Source: Mobula hypostoma
Taxonomy: Eukaryota
Assembly (NCBI RefSeq): GCF_963921235.1
Contig: NC_086097.1
Location: 226,364,001 to 226,428,000, forward strand
Reading direction: 5' to 3'
DNA length: 64,000 nt
Within the stretch, counting starts at the first letter, position 1. Every line of letters starts with the position of its first letter. The notes under the pieces were generated by a model, which was given only the letters and a program-made list of their open reading frames with translations, was not told where the DNA came from and made no database searches. Positions 63,175 through 64,000 of this stretch are shown one piece after another. The position numbers were made by a program, and so were the translations under genes.

Positions 63175-64000
63175 GGTAGACTATGAACTTCCTGACAGGA
63201 AGGAAGCAGTATGTAAAGCTGGGCTCCTATTCGTCCAATCCAATGTCTATAAGCACAGGCTCTTCTCCGAGCTGTGTTCTTTCACCCTTCCTGTTCTCAA
63301 TTCATACAAATGACTGTGCCTCCACAGACCAATCCTTTAAAATCGTAAAGTTGGCGGATGACACAACTGTAGTTAGTCTGATCGCTAATAATGTTGTGAC
63401 CTGCTATCGGAGAGGTAGGCTGTCCTGCAGCATGTTTGCTCATTACAACTTGGAGCCTAATGCTATCAAGACAGTGGAAATGAGGACCAACTTCCACTGA
63501 CAACCCCTTACCTGCCCCCTCCCCCCTTGGAAATTAATGGTCAGGCTATGCCAGTGGTCAAGTCATTCAAATTCCTGGGGACTATCATTACCATACATTG
63601 AAGTGAGACAAGCATGTTATGTACATCACTAGGAAAGTCCAGCAGAAATTGATCTTCCTACACCACCTTAGGAAACTCAGGGCATATCCTGATGAATTTT
63701 CACTCAGCCATCATTGAGAGTGTTGTGACCACCTCTATCACCATTTGGTTTCCCACTACCTCCTCTCTCTCCAAGTCCATGTTGCAGCGACTGGTCCACT
63801 CAGCGGAGAAGATCCGGTCATCAGCTACCAACGTTAAAAGACATTAAAAGACCTGTCATCATCCGAAGAGAAGAGATGAAAAAAATTACTGATGACTCCA
63901 TCCACAACATTCACCAAATTGCCATCAGTGAGGCGCTACAAGTCCATCACCACCAGGACTACATATCATCTCCAAAGCTGTTTCCTCATAGCTATCCAGC
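63175..64000 (+). mobile_element. Rex1/Babar LINE RT fragment, continuing to the window end
   Basis: FLTGRKQYV...CVLSPFLFSIHTNDC...KLADDTTVVSLI, then FKFLG and IESVVTTSITIWF. Confidence 0.88.

Noticed and set aside
1..64000. CRISPR arrays, prokaryotic operons, rRNA or true tRNA genes
   Set aside because: The sequence is vertebrate-like, no regularly spaced repeat-spacer array was seen, and the tRNA-like A/B boxes belong to SINE heads.

Overview
AT-rich vertebrate genomic DNA. The repeat content (CR1, Rex1/Babar, Penelope, V-SINE and Deu-domain SINEs) suggests a cartilaginous fish, probably a ray or shark; this is inferred, not verified. No intact host protein-coding gene is recognisable, so the window looks like a large intron or intergenic region. 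It holds many truncated and nested retroelements plus repeat-poor, enhancer-like blocks (about 17-18 kb, 21-32 kb and 44-49 kb). The standout feature is a complete non-autonomous Gypsy-type LTR retrotransposon at 51698-55992, with 198-bp LTRs, a GTTAT target-site duplication, PBS, PPT, an open gag and a broken protease. Its RT-RNaseH-integrase region is replaced by an intronless, start-to-stop copy of the host SUDS3 mRNA (Sin3/HDAC co-repressor subunit), which a 1-kb PIF/Harbinger-like element later split. Other notable items are Penelope-derived minimal hammerhead ribozyme motifs (including an inverted pair), a candidate HDV-like ribozyme, a solo LTR and an LF-SINE-like relic. Repeat boundaries are approximate unless motif positions are given, and family assignments come from recall rather than database searches.
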